From assembly GCA_000092065.1 (NCBI GenBank), contig CP000597.1: a stretch of 64,000 nt of DNA, one strand, 5' to 3'. The notes under the pieces are model-generated. The model was given only the letters and a program-made list of their open reading frames with translations, ran no database searches and was not told the origin of the DNA. Within the stretch, counting starts at the first letter, position 1. Each line of letters opens with the position of its first letter. Made by a program: the position numbers and the translations under genes. Source of the DNA: Ostreococcus lucimarinus (taxonomy: Eukaryota). Shown in pieces: positions 20,484-31,544 of this stretch.

Positions 20484-21189
20484 CTAGTCTTCCTCATCGA
20501 CGTCTTGCCCCGTTTGCGCGGATTCGTCCATGTCCGACGTCCATAAAGTGAGGTTATCTCGCAACAACTGCATGATGAGCGTGCTATCTTTGTACGACTC
20601 TTCACCGAGAGTATCGAGCTCGCTGATGGCCTCGTCGAACGCCTTCTTCGCCATTTGGCACGCGCGCTCCGGGGCGTTCAAGATTTCATAGTAGAAGACG
20701 GAAAAGTTGAGCGCCAAGCCGAGCCGTATCGGGTGCGTCGACGCGAGTTCGGCTTCGGCGGTTTGCTCGGCACTCTTGTACGCCAAGAGCGTCTCCTCCG
20801 CAGCCTCCTTGCGTTCCGATCCACCCTTGAACTCGGCGAGATAACGCCAGTAATCGCCCTTCATCTTTTTGTAAAAAACCTTCGATTCGCCCGCGGAGCA
20901 TCGATCCTCCAGATGGTTCTTGAGTAAATCCAAAATCCGCGTGCAGATGTCCGTGAGTTCCTTCTCAACGTTCGCCTTGTATGCGGCGATCAACTTGCAC
21001 TTATCGCTCTCCTTCGAGTGCTTCGCTTCCTCCTTAGTTTCGATCGAACTCACGATGCGCCACGACGCGCGTCGCGCGCCGATGACATTCTTAAACGCGA
21101 CGCTCAGCAAGTTTCGCTCTTCGACGCTCAACTCTTCTTCGCTCGACTTGAGCGTCACCTCGCTCATGTAATCCATCATCTCTTCATAC
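20484..21189 (-). CDS. 14-3-3 protein, exon 2 ([13 protein letters not shown] ... to stop)
   Basis: Near-textbook 14-3-3 sequence ([42 protein letters not shown]). Exons 1 and 2 together give 261 aa. Confidence 0.85.
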
Positions 21190-21565
21190 CTATTTCGTTT
21201 CGAAACGGAAAAAGTCAGTCCTCTCGCTCCCCGCGCGCGCGTCGTCGTCGTCGTCGTCGTCGTCCTCGCGTCCGACCCCTCGCGCCTCGACCCACCGCGC
21301 GCGTCCCTCGTCGCGCGCGCGTCGACGCGCGCCCCACGTCTCGCCCCGCCGTCGTCCCTCGCCCGTCGTCGCGCCGGATCGCCGCCTCGTCCCCTTCGTC
21401 CCGATCGCGCGTCTCCCGATCCCGTCCTCGCGCGCCCATCGCGTTCGCTGCCCCCGATCGCCCGTCCCGAGTCCCGCGCCGCGTCCCATCGCGTCGCGTC
21501 CGCGCGCGTCCGCGCGTCGCGCGCGCGTCCGCGCGTCCGTCGCGTCGCCTCGCGTCGCCTCGCAC
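21190..21565 (-). other. spliceosomal intron of the 14-3-3 gene (376 nt, GT..AG)
   Basis: Inferred from the donor GTGCGAG at 21565, the acceptor ..gaaacgaaatag| at 21190, and the frame and protein continuity (AEQAER|YEEMMDYM). The intron is GC-rich and creates a spurious 151-aa ORF. Confidence 0.8.
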
Positions 21566-21645
21566 CGCTCCGCCTGCTCCGCGAGCTTCGCCTTGTACAC
21601 GAGATCTTCGCGCTTGAGCGCGCTCAGATCCTCCTTTTCGCTCAT
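21566..21645 (-). CDS. 14-3-3 protein, exon 1 ([27 protein letters not shown], first 2 nt of the R codon)
   Basis: ATG at 21645. The canonical 14-3-3 N-terminus is AKLAEQAER, and its R codon is completed by the first base of exon 2. The donor reads GAGCG|GTGCGAG. Confidence 0.8.
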
Positions 21646-21837
21646 CGCGCGCCGATCGCGATGTGACGCGTCGCGGCGCGGCGGTCGGCGCGATCGCGCG
21701 ATCGAGCGCGCGCGCGTGTGCGCTCGCCGCGCGCGCGATCGGGGTCAACGTGACAGGGCATCCGACGCTTTTTCCGCGCGGTCGGTCGTCGTGTGCGCAA
21801 ACAGTGAGACACGTCGTCGGCGCGTCACTGTTGCCGC

Positions 21838-21912
21838 CAATAGTGTTTATATACCGTCATTGTAGTTATTATATTATCTCAGAGTTCATATAAAGACGAT
21901 ACGTATACATAG
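21838..21912 (+). promoter_or_regulatory. AT-rich island with TATA-like elements (tttatatacc, tcatataaagacg) immediately upstream of the RCC1-gene ATG, within the 267-bp bidirectional 14-3-3/RCC1 spacer
   Basis: About 75 bp of roughly 25% GC in a roughly 70% GC context. TATAAA sits 27 bp from the ATG. Confidence 0.4.
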
Positions 21913-23340
21913 ATGAATACGGCCCCGTCGGTGCGCGGATTCAAATCGAAGCGCGCGCGGCGACGCGCGATCGCGCGCCGCACGACGACGCGCGCGATGG
22001 ACGCGCCCGACCGCGCCGACGCGACGCTCGCGTGCGAACTGCTCTACTGCGGCGCGACCGATTTCGCGAGCGTCGGACGACAGAAGACGAACGAATCCGG
22101 CGCGCACGCCGACCTCGTCGAACCGCATCGCTACGCGACGCTCGCGGATAAAACGTGGACGCGCGTCGCCGGCGGCGCGGCGGCGACGCACTGCGCGGCG
22201 ATCGATGACGAGGGACGATTGTACACGTGGGGACGGAACGAGCGGGGACAGCTCGGACACGGGGATTACGTGAGCCGAGGGACGCCGACGCGAGTGGAGG
22301 CGCTGGGGGAGACGCGGTGCGCGAGCGCGGCGTGCGGGAAGGGACACACGGTGGTGGTGTGCGAAAACGGGGACGTGTACGGCTTTGGATCGAATAAGTT
22401 TGGACAGTTGGGATGCGGGACGATGAAGAAACAGATGAAGAAGGGGGACGCGGAGGATGATAAGTTGACGCCGGTGAAGGCGCTCGTGACGAACGGGAAG
22501 AGCGCGTCGTGCGGGGCGGAGTTTACCGCGGTGGTGACGCGCGATGGGGAGGTGTTCACGTACGGTTTGCCGCAATACGGCCAGCTTGGACATGGGACTG
22601 ATCACGAATATAACACCAGTGCGAGTTCTATTAAGATTGTGTACGAACCGCAACCGCACCCGAAGCGCGTCGTCGCCAACGGCTTCGGCGAACGTAAAAT
22701 CGTTAAACTCGCGTGCGGGACGAATCACGTCGCGTGCTTCGACGATGCCGGCAAAATTTGGACTTGGGGGAACGGTGGTTACGGCCGTCTCGGTCATCGC
22801 GTGCAGAAAGATGAATTCGCGCCGAAAATGGTTGAGATTCAAGGCGGCGACCGCAACCTCGTTCCCGCGGACGCCGTCCTCGGCGCCGGGTCGACTTCGA
22901 CGTTTGTCTCCGCGTTACAGGGACAAATGTACGCCTTCGGTAAACTGAAAACGACTGGTGATAACACCATGTACCCGGTTCCGCTCATGGATCTGCAAGG
23001 TTGGGTATTGCGCGACTTCGCGTGCGGTAGCGTCACCTTCGCGGGGTGCGCTGAAAAGTCGGCCGTGACGTGGGGCGGAGGCGCGTACGGCGAACTCGGG
23101 TACGGGCCCAAGGGAAAGAAATCCAGCGCCAATCCCGATTTGGTGCCTTCTTTGGAGGGTAAGACGACGCGTCGCGTCGCGTGTGGGAACGGCTACACGC
23201 TTTTCCTGGTCGATAAGGAAGACGCCAAGGATTTGCCCGCATTCACTCCCGGCCCGGACCAAGAACCGAAGCCGGCGGTTGGCGCCAAGACGAAAGCCGG
23301 CGCCGCGAAGGGAGGCGCCGCGAAAAAGGCTAAAAAGTAA
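21913..23340 (+). CDS. RCC1-repeat (regulator of chromosome condensation-like) protein with a Lys-rich C-terminal tail
   Basis: ATG at 21913. It contains about seven RCC1 blades with repeating GRNERGQLGHG, GFGSNKFGQLGCG, YGLPQYGQLGHG and WGNGGYGRLGH motifs. Confidence 0.8.
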   Translation: MNTAPSVRGFKSKRARRRAIARRTTTRAMDAPDRADATLACELLYCGATDFASVGRQKTNESGAHADLVEPHRYATLADKTWTRVAGGAAATHCAAIDDEGRLYTWGRNERGQLGHGDYVSRGTPTRVEALGETRCASAACGKGHTVVVCENGDVYGFGSNKFGQLGCGTMKKQMKKGDAEDDKLTPVKALVTNGKSASCGAEFTAVVTRDGEVFTYGLPQYGQLGHGTDHEYNTSASSIKIVYEPQPHPKRVVANGFGERKIVKLACGTNHVACFDDAGKIWTWGNGGYGRLGHRVQKDEFAPKMVEIQGGDRNLVPADAVLGAGSTSTFVSALQGQMYAFGKLKTTGDNTMYPVPLMDLQGWVLRDFACGSVTFAGCAEKSAVTWGGGAYGELGYGPKGKKSSANPDLVPSLEGKTTRRVACGNGYTLFLVDKEDAKDLPAFTPGPDQEPKPAVGAKTKAGAAKGGAAKKAKK

Positions 23341-23423
23341 TCATCAAGTTATCGCACGAAGTAGTTTGCAAATTCGGAATATGAATCAAGAAATTAATGT
23401 TATTTTATCGCACACATCGCCGT

Positions 23424-25604
23424 CTAACTCAAGCCGAGAATTTGGTCGTTCTCGGTGTCCACAGAGATTTCGTAGTACGCCGGTCGCGTGGGCAAGCCCG
23501 GAATCGTCGGGAACGCGCCGACGAGCGGGACGAGGAAACCAGCACCCGCGCTCAAGCGGACGTCGCCGATGGGCAACGTGAACCCGCTCGGCGCACCCTT
23601 CAACGATTGGTCGTGAGAGAAGGAGTACTGCGTCTTGGCCATGCAAATCGGCAAATCGCCGAAGCCTTGCTCGGTGAAGAGCTTGATCTTTTCTTCGGCT
23701 CGTTCAGAGAACTCAACACCGTCAGCCTTGTAGATGTTCTTCGCCACGGTTTCAATCTTACTCTTGATGTCGAGAGAAGATTCGTATCCAAACTTGAAGT
23801 CCTTGCAGTCTTCGTTCGCCTCGCACGCCGCCTTGACGGCGTTGGCGAGCGCGACGGCGCCCTTGCCCCCGTGCGCGTGATGGGTGCAGAGAACGGCGTC
23901 TTCCGCGCCCGCGGCGAGAGAGATTTCACGAATCACCGCGTGTTCCGCTTCGGTGTCGGTCGGGAACGCGTTGATGGCGACGACGACCGGGATACCGAAA
24001 GACTTGGTGTTTTCGATGTGGCGGACCAAGTTGCACATGCCCTCGCGCACCATGTCGACGTTTTCAGTCGTGTACGAGTGATCGAGGGGCTTACCCGCGG
24101 TCACGGGCGGACCACCGCCGTGGCACTTCAACGCGCGCACGGTGGCGACGATGACGGCGCAGTTCGGCTTCAGACCAGACTTGCGGCACTTCAAGTTGAC
24201 AAACTTTTCGAGGCCGATGTCGGCGCCGAAGCCGGCTTCGGTGACGACGAAGCCACCCTTACCGACCATGGAGAGACCGATTTGATCGGCAATGATGGAC
24301 GAGTTACCGCTCGCGATGTTAGCGAATGGGCCGGCGTGCACGAGCACGGGCGTCGCTTCGAGAGTCTGCATCAACGTCGGCTTGATGGCGTCGCGCATGA
24401 GAGCCATCAACGCGCCGGTGACGCCCAAATCGTCGCACGTCACCGGGGTGCCGTCGCGCGCGGGGCCGACGACCATGTTTCCGAGACGGTTTTCCATGTC
24501 CGCGAGCGAAGTCGTCATCGCCAAAACCGCCATGATTTCCGAGGCGACGGTGATGTCGAAACCAGTCTTGCGAGTCTTGCCCTTCTCCGTCGGCGATTCG
24601 CCGACGGTGATTTCGCGCAAAAAGCGGTCGTTCATGTCGACGACGCGTCTCCACGTGATGCGCTCGGGGTCGATGTCCAAACGCACGAATTTGTTTCGCT
24701 CTTCTTCCGTCAAGTCATCGGGATTGGTTTTGTCGATTCCAAGCTTCTTCAAGCGCTTGAACATGATGGCTGAGAACTTGCGAGAACCATCCTTGGCTTG
24801 CGGCATCAAGCGCTTCCACAGCGCCTCATCGCTTTGCGTGGATTCGTGGAACACGCGCGCGTCCACCGCCGCGGCGAGCAAGTTATTCGCGACGCCGATG
24901 GCGTGAATGTCCCCGGTCAAGTGCAAGTTCATCTCCTCCATAGGAATCACCTGCGAGTACCCCCCGCCCGCGGCCCCCCCCTTGATGCCGAACGTCGGTC
25001 CCATGGACGGTTGTCGAATGCACGCCACCGCCCGCGCGTTCGTGTGCGCCTGCATCGCCTGCACCAACCCGATCGTCGTCGTGGACTTCCCCTCTCCCAA
25101 CGGCGTCGGCGTGATCCCCGCCGTCACGACGTAATACCCGTGCCCCGCCGTCGCGTCGCACGTCGGCCCGTCGCCCTCGCCCTCGCGCCCTCCCAGCGTC
25201 GAGCTCAGCTTTTCCGACAGTTTCGCCTTATACCGTCCGTACATCTCGTAATCATCCTCCGTCAATCCGCACATCTTCTCCGCGATCTCCCTGATCGGCA
25301 GCGCCTTCGCCGCGCTCGCGATTTCGATGTCGCTCGGCGTCGGCGTCGTCACCTCCTCCAACCGCCTCGCCCCGAAATCGTACCTCGCCTCGCTCGCGCG
25401 CTCGATCGTCATCCCGACCGTCGTCGTCGTCGTCGTCGTCGCGTCGCTCGCGCTCGAGCTCGACCGCGCGCGCGTCGCGCGTCGTTGGTCGTTCGCCCTC
25501 GCGACCGTCGCGCCGCGGTCTCTCGACGGTCGCGCGATCGTCGCGCGTCGCGCGCCGGCGCGCGCGAGCTGCGAGCGGGCGGTCGTCGCGAGCGCGGCGC
25601 GCAT
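23424..25604 (-). CDS. FTHFS: formate--tetrahydrofolate ligase (FTHFS) with an N-terminal organellar presequence
   Basis: ATG at 25604. FTHFS blocks include [66 protein letters not shown] and [14 protein letters not shown]. Confidence 0.9.
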   Translation of the reverse strand: MRAALATTARSQLARAGARRATIARPSRDRGATVARANDQRRATRARSSSSASDATTTTTTTVGMTIERASEARYDFGARRLEEVTTPTPSDIEIASAAKALPIREIAEKMCGLTEDDYEMYGRYKAKLSEKLSSTLGGREGEGDGPTCDATAGHGYYVVTAGITPTPLGEGKSTTTIGLVQAMQAHTNARAVACIRQPSMGPTFGIKGGAAGGGYSQVIPMEEMNLHLTGDIHAIGVANNLLAAAVDARVFHESTQSDEALWKRLMPQAKDGSRKFSAIMFKRLKKLGIDKTNPDDLTEEERNKFVRLDIDPERITWRRVVDMNDRFLREITVGESPTEKGKTRKTGFDITVASEIMAVLAMTTSLADMENRLGNMVVGPARDGTPVTCDDLGVTGALMALMRDAIKPTLMQTLEATPVLVHAGPFANIASGNSSIIADQIGLSMVGKGGFVVTEAGFGADIGLEKFVNLKCRKSGLKPNCAVIVATVRALKCHGGGPPVTAGKPLDHSYTTENVDMVREGMCNLVRHIENTKSFGIPVVVAINAFPTDTEAEHAVIREISLAAGAEDAVLCTHHAHGGKGAVALANAVKAACEANEDCKDFKFGYESSLDIKSKIETVAKNIYKADGVEFSERAEEKIKLFTEQGFGDLPICMAKTQYSFSHDQSLKGAPSGFTLPIGDVRLSAGAGFLVPLVGAFPTIPGLPTRPAYYEISVDTENDQILGLS

Positions 25605-25741
25605 GTACCGCCGTGCGCCGCGTCGGACGCGGGCGCGTCGCGCTGTGCGCGCGTTCGATGGATGGATGGATGACGTCGCCGCCGCCGCGTTCGGATAACG
25701 CGCGCGCGACGCCGCTTTTTAGCCCGGGTCTCGCGTTTCGT

Positions 25742-26128
25742 GATGGCGTTACGGCGCGCGCGAATACGAGGGCGTCGACCGGCGTCGCGCGGGACGTCGC
25801 GATGGGTTTATGTCGCGCGCGAGACGTCACGCTCGATGGCGTTACGTCGAGCGCGAATACGAGGGCGTCGACCGGCGTCGCGCGGGACGTCGCGATGGGT
25901 TTATGTCGCGCGCGAGACGTCACGCTCGATGGCGTCGCGACGAGCGCGAATACGACGGCGCGCGTGTGCGGGGAGTGTTCGGACACACGGAGAGCGTGAC
26001 GGTCGTGTGGGGAGTTTATATCGCGCGCGAGACGTCACGCTCGATGGCGTCACGTCGAGCGCGAATACGACGGCGCGCGTGGGCGGGGAGTGTTCGGACA
26101 CACGGAGAGCGTGACGGTCGCGTGGGGA
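25742..26128. repeat. complex tandem-repeat array: two 93-bp units (25742-25834, 25835-25927) followed by two about 115-bp related units (25928-26042, 26043-about 26128)
   Basis: The copies are near-identical when read by eye. All unit types share the ends gatggcgt.acg..gcgcgaatacga ... cgcgcgagacgtcacgctc. The array sits in the divergent spacer between the FTHFS start (25604) and the SM gene start (26340). Confidence 0.8.
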
Positions 26129-26280
26129 AACAGTGCGGGGACGAAAAACAGCGGTGCATGCGAACGCGCGACCGCGACGGGTCGGCCGGGACGGCGCGCG
26201 CGCGCGCGACGGGCGGCGCGCGCGCGAGACCGCGACGCGCGCGGGACCGTCGCGCGGCGACCGTCGCGCGACGGCGCGCG

Positions 26281-26339
26281 ACGAACCGACGAACCGACGA
26301 ACCGACGAACCGACGAACCGACGAACGAACGAACGAACG
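26281..26339. repeat. microsatellite (ACGAACCG)5 followed by (ACGA)5, immediately abutting the ATG of the downstream gene
   Basis: Read directly from the sequence: acgaaccg x5, then acgaacgaacgaacgaacga, then tgg... Confidence 0.85.
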
Positions 26340-28796
26340 ATGGGCGCGGACGCGCGCGCGACGACGATGCGCGACGCCGCGCGGCGATGGTACGACGACG
26401 CGATGGCGCCGTTCGCGCGCGACGCGGTCGTCGCGCTGGACGCGGAGGCGGCGGCGCAGGCGCGCGCGCACGCGGGCTGGGGCGGGACGAGCGGGACGGG
26501 ACGCGCGCGCGCGACGCGGGCGCTCGAGGCGTACGCGACGATGGACGACGCGATGGGCGACGAGGAAGAGGTCTGGGACGTCAGGGGGGAGCGGGTGCCG
26601 GCGGAGGCGCCGCTGGTGATCTGCGTCGCGGGACGGCTGGGGGAGGCGGCGGCGAACGTGCGGCGGTGCGTGCGGGCGCGGCGACGCGCGACGCGCGCGA
26701 CGGTGTTCGTCGGATGCGACGAGGGCGATGAGGCGCACGGGGCGTGCGTGGAGGCGCTGACGGAGGCGTGTGAAAGGATTTTGAGCGACGCGGCGGCGGA
26801 ATTCGGGGAGACGCCGACGGGGAATCGTTCGGGGGTGGGACGGAACGAAGAAGGAGACGAAGACGACGAAGAGGACTGGGGGAGTTGGGGCGACGAGGAC
26901 GAGGCGAGAGACGAGGCGCCGGTGGAGGACTCGAGGGAGGGGACGGGCGATGGGTGGAACGATGCGCCGACGCCGACGTCGAAACAAGGGCGAAATCGCA
27001 CCGCCGCCGCGGACGCCGTCGCGGGTCGGTTTTCGGTCAAGTTTTTCCCTCCTATGATGTATCGCGCGCTCGGCGACGGTGCGTTCACGCTTCCGCGAAC
27101 GCGAACGATGGGGTTGGTGAACGATGCCGCGGCTGCGTTGACGGGGGAGTCGAAAGAGAATCGCGTCATCGGGCATCACTTGGCTGAAATCGCCGCGCAC
27201 TGGGCGTTGGCGCCGGATTATTTCGCCCTCGGTCCGAACGCCGAAGCCGTGTCGCGCGTCGCAGCGCAAGCGAAGACCGATCCCGTGGGCGTGGACACGA
27301 CGGTGAAACCACGAACGGCGGCGATCATCGTCGTCGATCGCGAGGTGGACTTGATGACGCCGAGCGTGAGTCGAGACGGTTGGCTCGAGCGCGTGTTGGA
27401 GACGACGGACGACGAAGACGCGGCGTCTTCATCGACCTACGTCGACCGCGTCACGGCGACGTTGTCCCCGCTCTTGAGCGATGAAAATGTTCTCACGTTA
27501 GATGAAGCTCTGTGCGCGAAGACTGCGCGTGATGGCGCTGTGCACGTGCGGAAGTTGCTGCGCGAGGCGGCTCGCGTGGAATCCGTCGCCGCGCCGGCGG
27601 CGGATGGAAAGAGCGCGCGCGTCGTCGGTGCTGACGATATTCTTAGCTTAGTGCGAGCGCTGGAGGTTGATCCTAGCGTTGCTTTGCGTCATCGCGCGTT
27701 GATTCAGCGCGCAAAGCTCACCGCGCGGAGTTTGACGGATGAGAACGACATGAAGGCGAATAGGCAAATCATCGCTTTGCAACGACTCACCGCCGCTGCG
27801 CTCGAGCGCCAAGCCACGGGCGTGTGCGCGACGGTGGTAGAGATACTGAAAGTGATGTATTCTGCGGGAGGTACCGCCGTAGGTCACCCGAGCGAGGCGC
27901 TGGCGCTCGTCTTAGCGGCGTATGTACTCGCGACGGAGGCGAACGTTCAAGCGCAGGCGCCGACGAACGCCGCGTCGCCGTTCACGGCGCAAGACGAGGC
28001 GTCCGTGCGCGACGCACTTTTGGGCGCACTACTGGCGAGCGATCTCGCCGATGTGAAGAAGCAAGTTCCAAGTTTCAACGCCAGTGCGCTCGAAGCGCTC
28101 GAAGCGCTTCAGAACGCGACCGCGGCCGCGGCCGCCGACGCGACGCCGACGCCCTCGAAAGATGACGACGGTTGGGACGACGACGACGACGACGACTGGG
28201 GCGACGATGAATGGGGCAACTCTCCGACGGCGCCGAGTAAATCCACGACGACGAACGCGATGACGGCGATCGACGATCCCGAACTCGCCGCCGCCGCGCT
28301 CGAGGCGCGAGACGCCGTCGAGCGCGCGCTTCACAACTTCGCCCTCGCCGCGCATCGCGGCCGCGCATCGCTCAAGCACAACATCCCAGAGTCTAACTCA
28401 CTCTACGCCAACGGTCTACCCAACTCCATCCTGCTCGACATCATCTCCCGCGTCAAGACGTCCGCCGACGACGGCGGCGCGTGCGCCGATTTCGTCCACG
28501 TCGCCGCCTCCCTCGGCGGCTTACTCAAGCACGCCGCCGCCACCGCCACCGCATCCATCGTCACCGGCGCCATGGGTCGTCTCGGCAACCTCATCAACAA
28601 GGTCACCGCCGCCCCCAAACCATCCGATCGCGACGTCGTCGTCGTCTTCCTCCTCGGCGCCCTCTCCTCCGGCGAATTCGCCGCCGCCCTCACCGCGCGC
28701 GCCCCCGATCCCGCCGCCGCGCTCTTCGCCCGTCACAGGGATCGCGAGTTCATCTTCGGCGCGCTCGACCTCGCGTCCGCGCGCGCCATCGCGTGA
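26340..28796 (+). CDS. Sec1/Munc18 (SM) family vesicle-fusion protein (Vps33/Vps45/Sly1-type) with long low-complexity insertions
   Basis: ATG at 26340. SM-family hallmarks: RTAAIIVVDREVDLMTPS (compare the LILDRxxDxxTPL motif) and the C-terminal RDVVVVFLLGALSSGEFAAAL (compare VVFVVGGxTYxEi). A Trp/Asp cluster DDDGWDDDDDDDWGDDEWG sits in an insertion. Confidence 0.6.
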   Translation: MGADARATTMRDAARRWYDDAMAPFARDAVVALDAEAAAQARAHAGWGGTSGTGRARATRALEAYATMDDAMGDEEEVWDVRGERVPAEAPLVICVAGRLGEAAANVRRCVRARRRATRATVFVGCDEGDEAHGACVEALTEACERILSDAAAEFGETPTGNRSGVGRNEEGDEDDEEDWGSWGDEDEARDEAPVEDSREGTGDGWNDAPTPTSKQGRNRTAAADAVAGRFSVKFFPPMMYRALGDGAFTLPRTRTMGLVNDAAAALTGESKENRVIGHHLAEIAAHWALAPDYFALGPNAEAVSRVAAQAKTDPVGVDTTVKPRTAAIIVVDREVDLMTPSVSRDGWLERVLETTDDEDAASSSTYVDRVTATLSPLLSDENVLTLDEALCAKTARDGAVHVRKLLREAARVESVAAPAADGKSARVVGADDILSLVRALEVDPSVALRHRALIQRAKLTARSLTDENDMKANRQIIALQRLTAAALERQATGVCATVVEILKVMYSAGGTAVGHPSEALALVLAAYVLATEANVQAQAPTNAASPFTAQDEASVRDALLGALLASDLADVKKQVPSFNASALEALEALQNATAAAAADATPTPSKDDDGWDDDDDDDWGDDEWGNSPTAPSKSTTTNAMTAIDDPELAAAALEARDAVERALHNFALAAHRGRASLKHNIPESNSLYANGLPNSILLDIISRVKTSADDGGACADFVHVAASLGGLLKHAAATATASIVTGAMGRLGNLINKVTAAPKPSDRDVVVVFLLGALSSGEFAAALTARAPDPAAALFARHRDREFIFGALDLASARAIA

Positions 28797-29006
28797 GCGC
28801 GCGTCGCGTCCGCGCGCTCCCGAGCGCTATCGAAGACCCATAGTGTAGAGATTTTAAACCACGTCGAGTCCGCGCACGCCGCGCGCGCGCCGCAGTCGCC
28901 CACGCGCGCCGCTCTCGCGCCGCGCCGACGCGCCGACGCGCGCGACCGACGCGCGCCGCGCGCGAGACGACGAAAACCGCGCGCGCGACGACGAAAACCG
29001 CGAACG

Positions 29007-31343
29007 ATGAGCGCCGACCTGGCGGCGGTCCTGGATCACCAATCGCTCGATGGCTTCGTCTCCCTGCTCCAAGGGCTGCAGAGCGCCGATAACGCGCACC
29101 GAACGATGTGCGAAGAGGTGTTCGAACGGTGCAAGGCGCAGCCCGATCACCTGGCGTCGCAGTTGGTGCGAACACTGCGAGGAGGGACGGAGAGTCGACT
29201 GCGAGAGCTGAGCGCGGTGCTGGCGAGACGGGCGTTCACGAGCGATGACGGCGAATTGTACACGAAATTGAGCGAATCGGTGAAACAGATGTTTAAGAGT
29301 GAACTGTTGATGGCGCTGAGGGAAGAGGCGGAGGCGAGGGTGACGCGAAAGACGTGCGATTTGATTTACGAAGTCGCGGCGGGGGCGATGGAACGGGAAG
29401 AGCCGTGGGCGGAGTTGATGCCGTTCATGTTCGGTGCGGTTTCTGAAGGGTCGGACCGATTGAAGGAGAGCGCGTTGATGATCTTTGCGATGCTCGCGAG
29501 TTACATGAGCGATGCGTTGGTGCCGCAAATTCCGACGCTGCACGCGACGCTGAGCGCGTGCTTGGCGTCGGCGGATACGAATGTGCGACTGGCGGCGTTA
29601 CGAGCGACGTGTGCGTTCGTCGATGCGTTGGAAAATCCGAGCGATCGAATGAAGTTCCAAGATTTGTTGCCGGCGATGCTCAACACGATCGGTTCGGCGT
29701 TGAGAGGTCAAGATGAGACGTCGGCGCAAGAGGCTCTCGCGTTGTTCATCGAGCTCGCTGAAGCCGATCCGAGATTCGTGCGCAATCATCTCGTCGAGCT
29801 CGTGGAAGCGATGCTCAGCATCGCGGAACATAACGACCTCGAGGATGGCACGCGAACGTTGGCGACTGAGTTCTTGGTGACGCTCACCGAGGCGAGAGAT
29901 CGTGCGCCGGGTATGATGCGCAAGGTTCCAAATTTCGTCCAGCGCCTGTACAACTGCCTCGTCTCCTTCTTGGTCAACGACATCGAAGACGATGAAGATT
30001 GGCACACGACGGAGAACGAAGAGGACGAGGGTATCGGTCAAGGTGATTTGTACGACGTCGGTCAAGAGTGCCTGGACCGCGTCTCCATCGCGCTCGGCGC
30101 CAACTCCATGTTACCCGCGTGCGCCGCAACGATGCCGTCGCTGATTGGCGACGCGGATTGGAAGCGTCGTCACGCCGCTCTCATCGCACTCTCGCAAATT
30201 GCCGAAGGTTGCGCCAAGGGAATGAAGAAGGACGTTGTCGGCGCCATTCAGCCGTGCTTACACGCGCTCGCCACCGATCCCCATCCTCGCGTTCGTTGGG
30301 CCGCCATCAACGGGTTGGGGCAAATGTGCACCGATCTTGGCCCGAGATTGCAAGAACAGGCGCACGCTAACGTCGTACCGTTGCTCCTGAACGCCATGGA
30401 TGACGTGAAGAATCCGCGTTGCCAGGCGCACGCGGCCGCCGCGACGGTAAACTTCAGCGAAGACTGCCCTCCGGAGTGCATGGCGCCGTATTTGGACACG
30501 CTCATGAACAAGCTTTTGAGCTTACTGCAGTCTGGCAACAAGTCTGTGCAAGAAGCGGCGCTCACGGCGCTCGCATCGACCGCGGACAACGCGCAAGAAT
30601 CCTTCATCAAGTACTACGACACCGTCCTTCCGTACTTGAAGTCCATCTTGGTGAACGCCAACGGAAAGGAGTACCGCATGTTGCGCGCCAAGGCTGTGGA
30701 GTGCATTTCTCTCGTCGGTATGGCCGTTGGACGCGCCCGCTTCGCTCAAGATGCGCGTGAAGTCATGGACATGTTGATGCGTCTCCAATCTGGCGGATTC
30801 GAAGACGACGACCCAACGGTGCAATACATGCTTCAAGCCTGGACGCGTTTGTGCAAGTGCCTTGGCGAGGAATTCGTCCCGTATCTTGAAGTCGTGATGC
30901 AGCCGCTGTTGAAGTCTGCCAATTTGAAGGCGGACGTCATCGTCACGAACAAGGACGATGAAGACGGGGGCGAGGAGGAGGAAGAGGAAAACGACGATTA
31001 CGAACAGGTCGAAGTCGGCGACAAGCGAGTTTCCATTCGCACGGCGGCTTTGGAAGAAAAAGCCACCGCGTGCAACATGTTGTGCTGCTACGTCGACGAG
31101 CTCAAGGACGGTATTTTGCCCTACTTGGAGCAAATTCTGCAAACCATGATTCCCTCGCTCGAGTTTTATTTCCATGAGGACGTGCGTAGAGCCGCCGTGG
31201 CGTCGTTACCGGATCTTCTCCGCGCCGGTAAGCTTGCTGTGAGCAAGGGAGCAAAGGATAAAGCTTGGTTCCAGCAACTCGTCAATCATATCATTCCCCC
31301 CCTTATTCAAGCGATGGCGAAGGAACCGGATATCGAGATTCAG
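29007..31343 (+). CDS. importin-beta family nuclear transport receptor (importin-5 / karyopherin-beta3-like), exon 1
   Basis: ATG at 29007. HEAT repeats are present throughout (WKRRHAALIALSQIAEGC, HPRVRWAAINGLGQMCTDL). The exon ends ...KEPDIEIQ| at 31343, followed by the GTGCGTT donor. Confidence 0.8.
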
Positions 31344-31544
31344 GTGCGTTACTCAAAGTCGACGTCGACGAGAAGAAACAAGTGATGAGACTTATGGATT
31401 CCCCTTCAAGACGCCTTGAGGCTCTGGTGATAAATCCGATAACAGTCCCTGATGTTTCTGATTGTTCCTCTTTTTTTTGCATTTTTCCGTCTCGAAAATA
31501 CAGTCGTACTGACCTAGCGCCCTCTTTTCTTTTTCGCCACGCAG
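31344..31544 (+). other. spliceosomal intron of the importin gene (201 nt)
   Basis: Donor cag|gtgcgtt, branch-like tactgac, pyrimidine tract and acceptor ...ttttcgccacgcag|GCT. The frame is preserved at phase 0, and the joined protein is continuous with importin-5-like sequence (..EIQ|ARMLESLAE..). Confidence 0.8.

Noticed and set aside
21190-21748. ORFs 21190..21645 - (151 aa), 21215..21748 - (177 aa) and 21018..21617 + (199 aa)
   Set aside because: They lie inside the 14-3-3 intron and promoter. The 151-aa ORF fuses exon 1 to intronic GC-rich sequence; the real protein continues in exon 2 after splicing.
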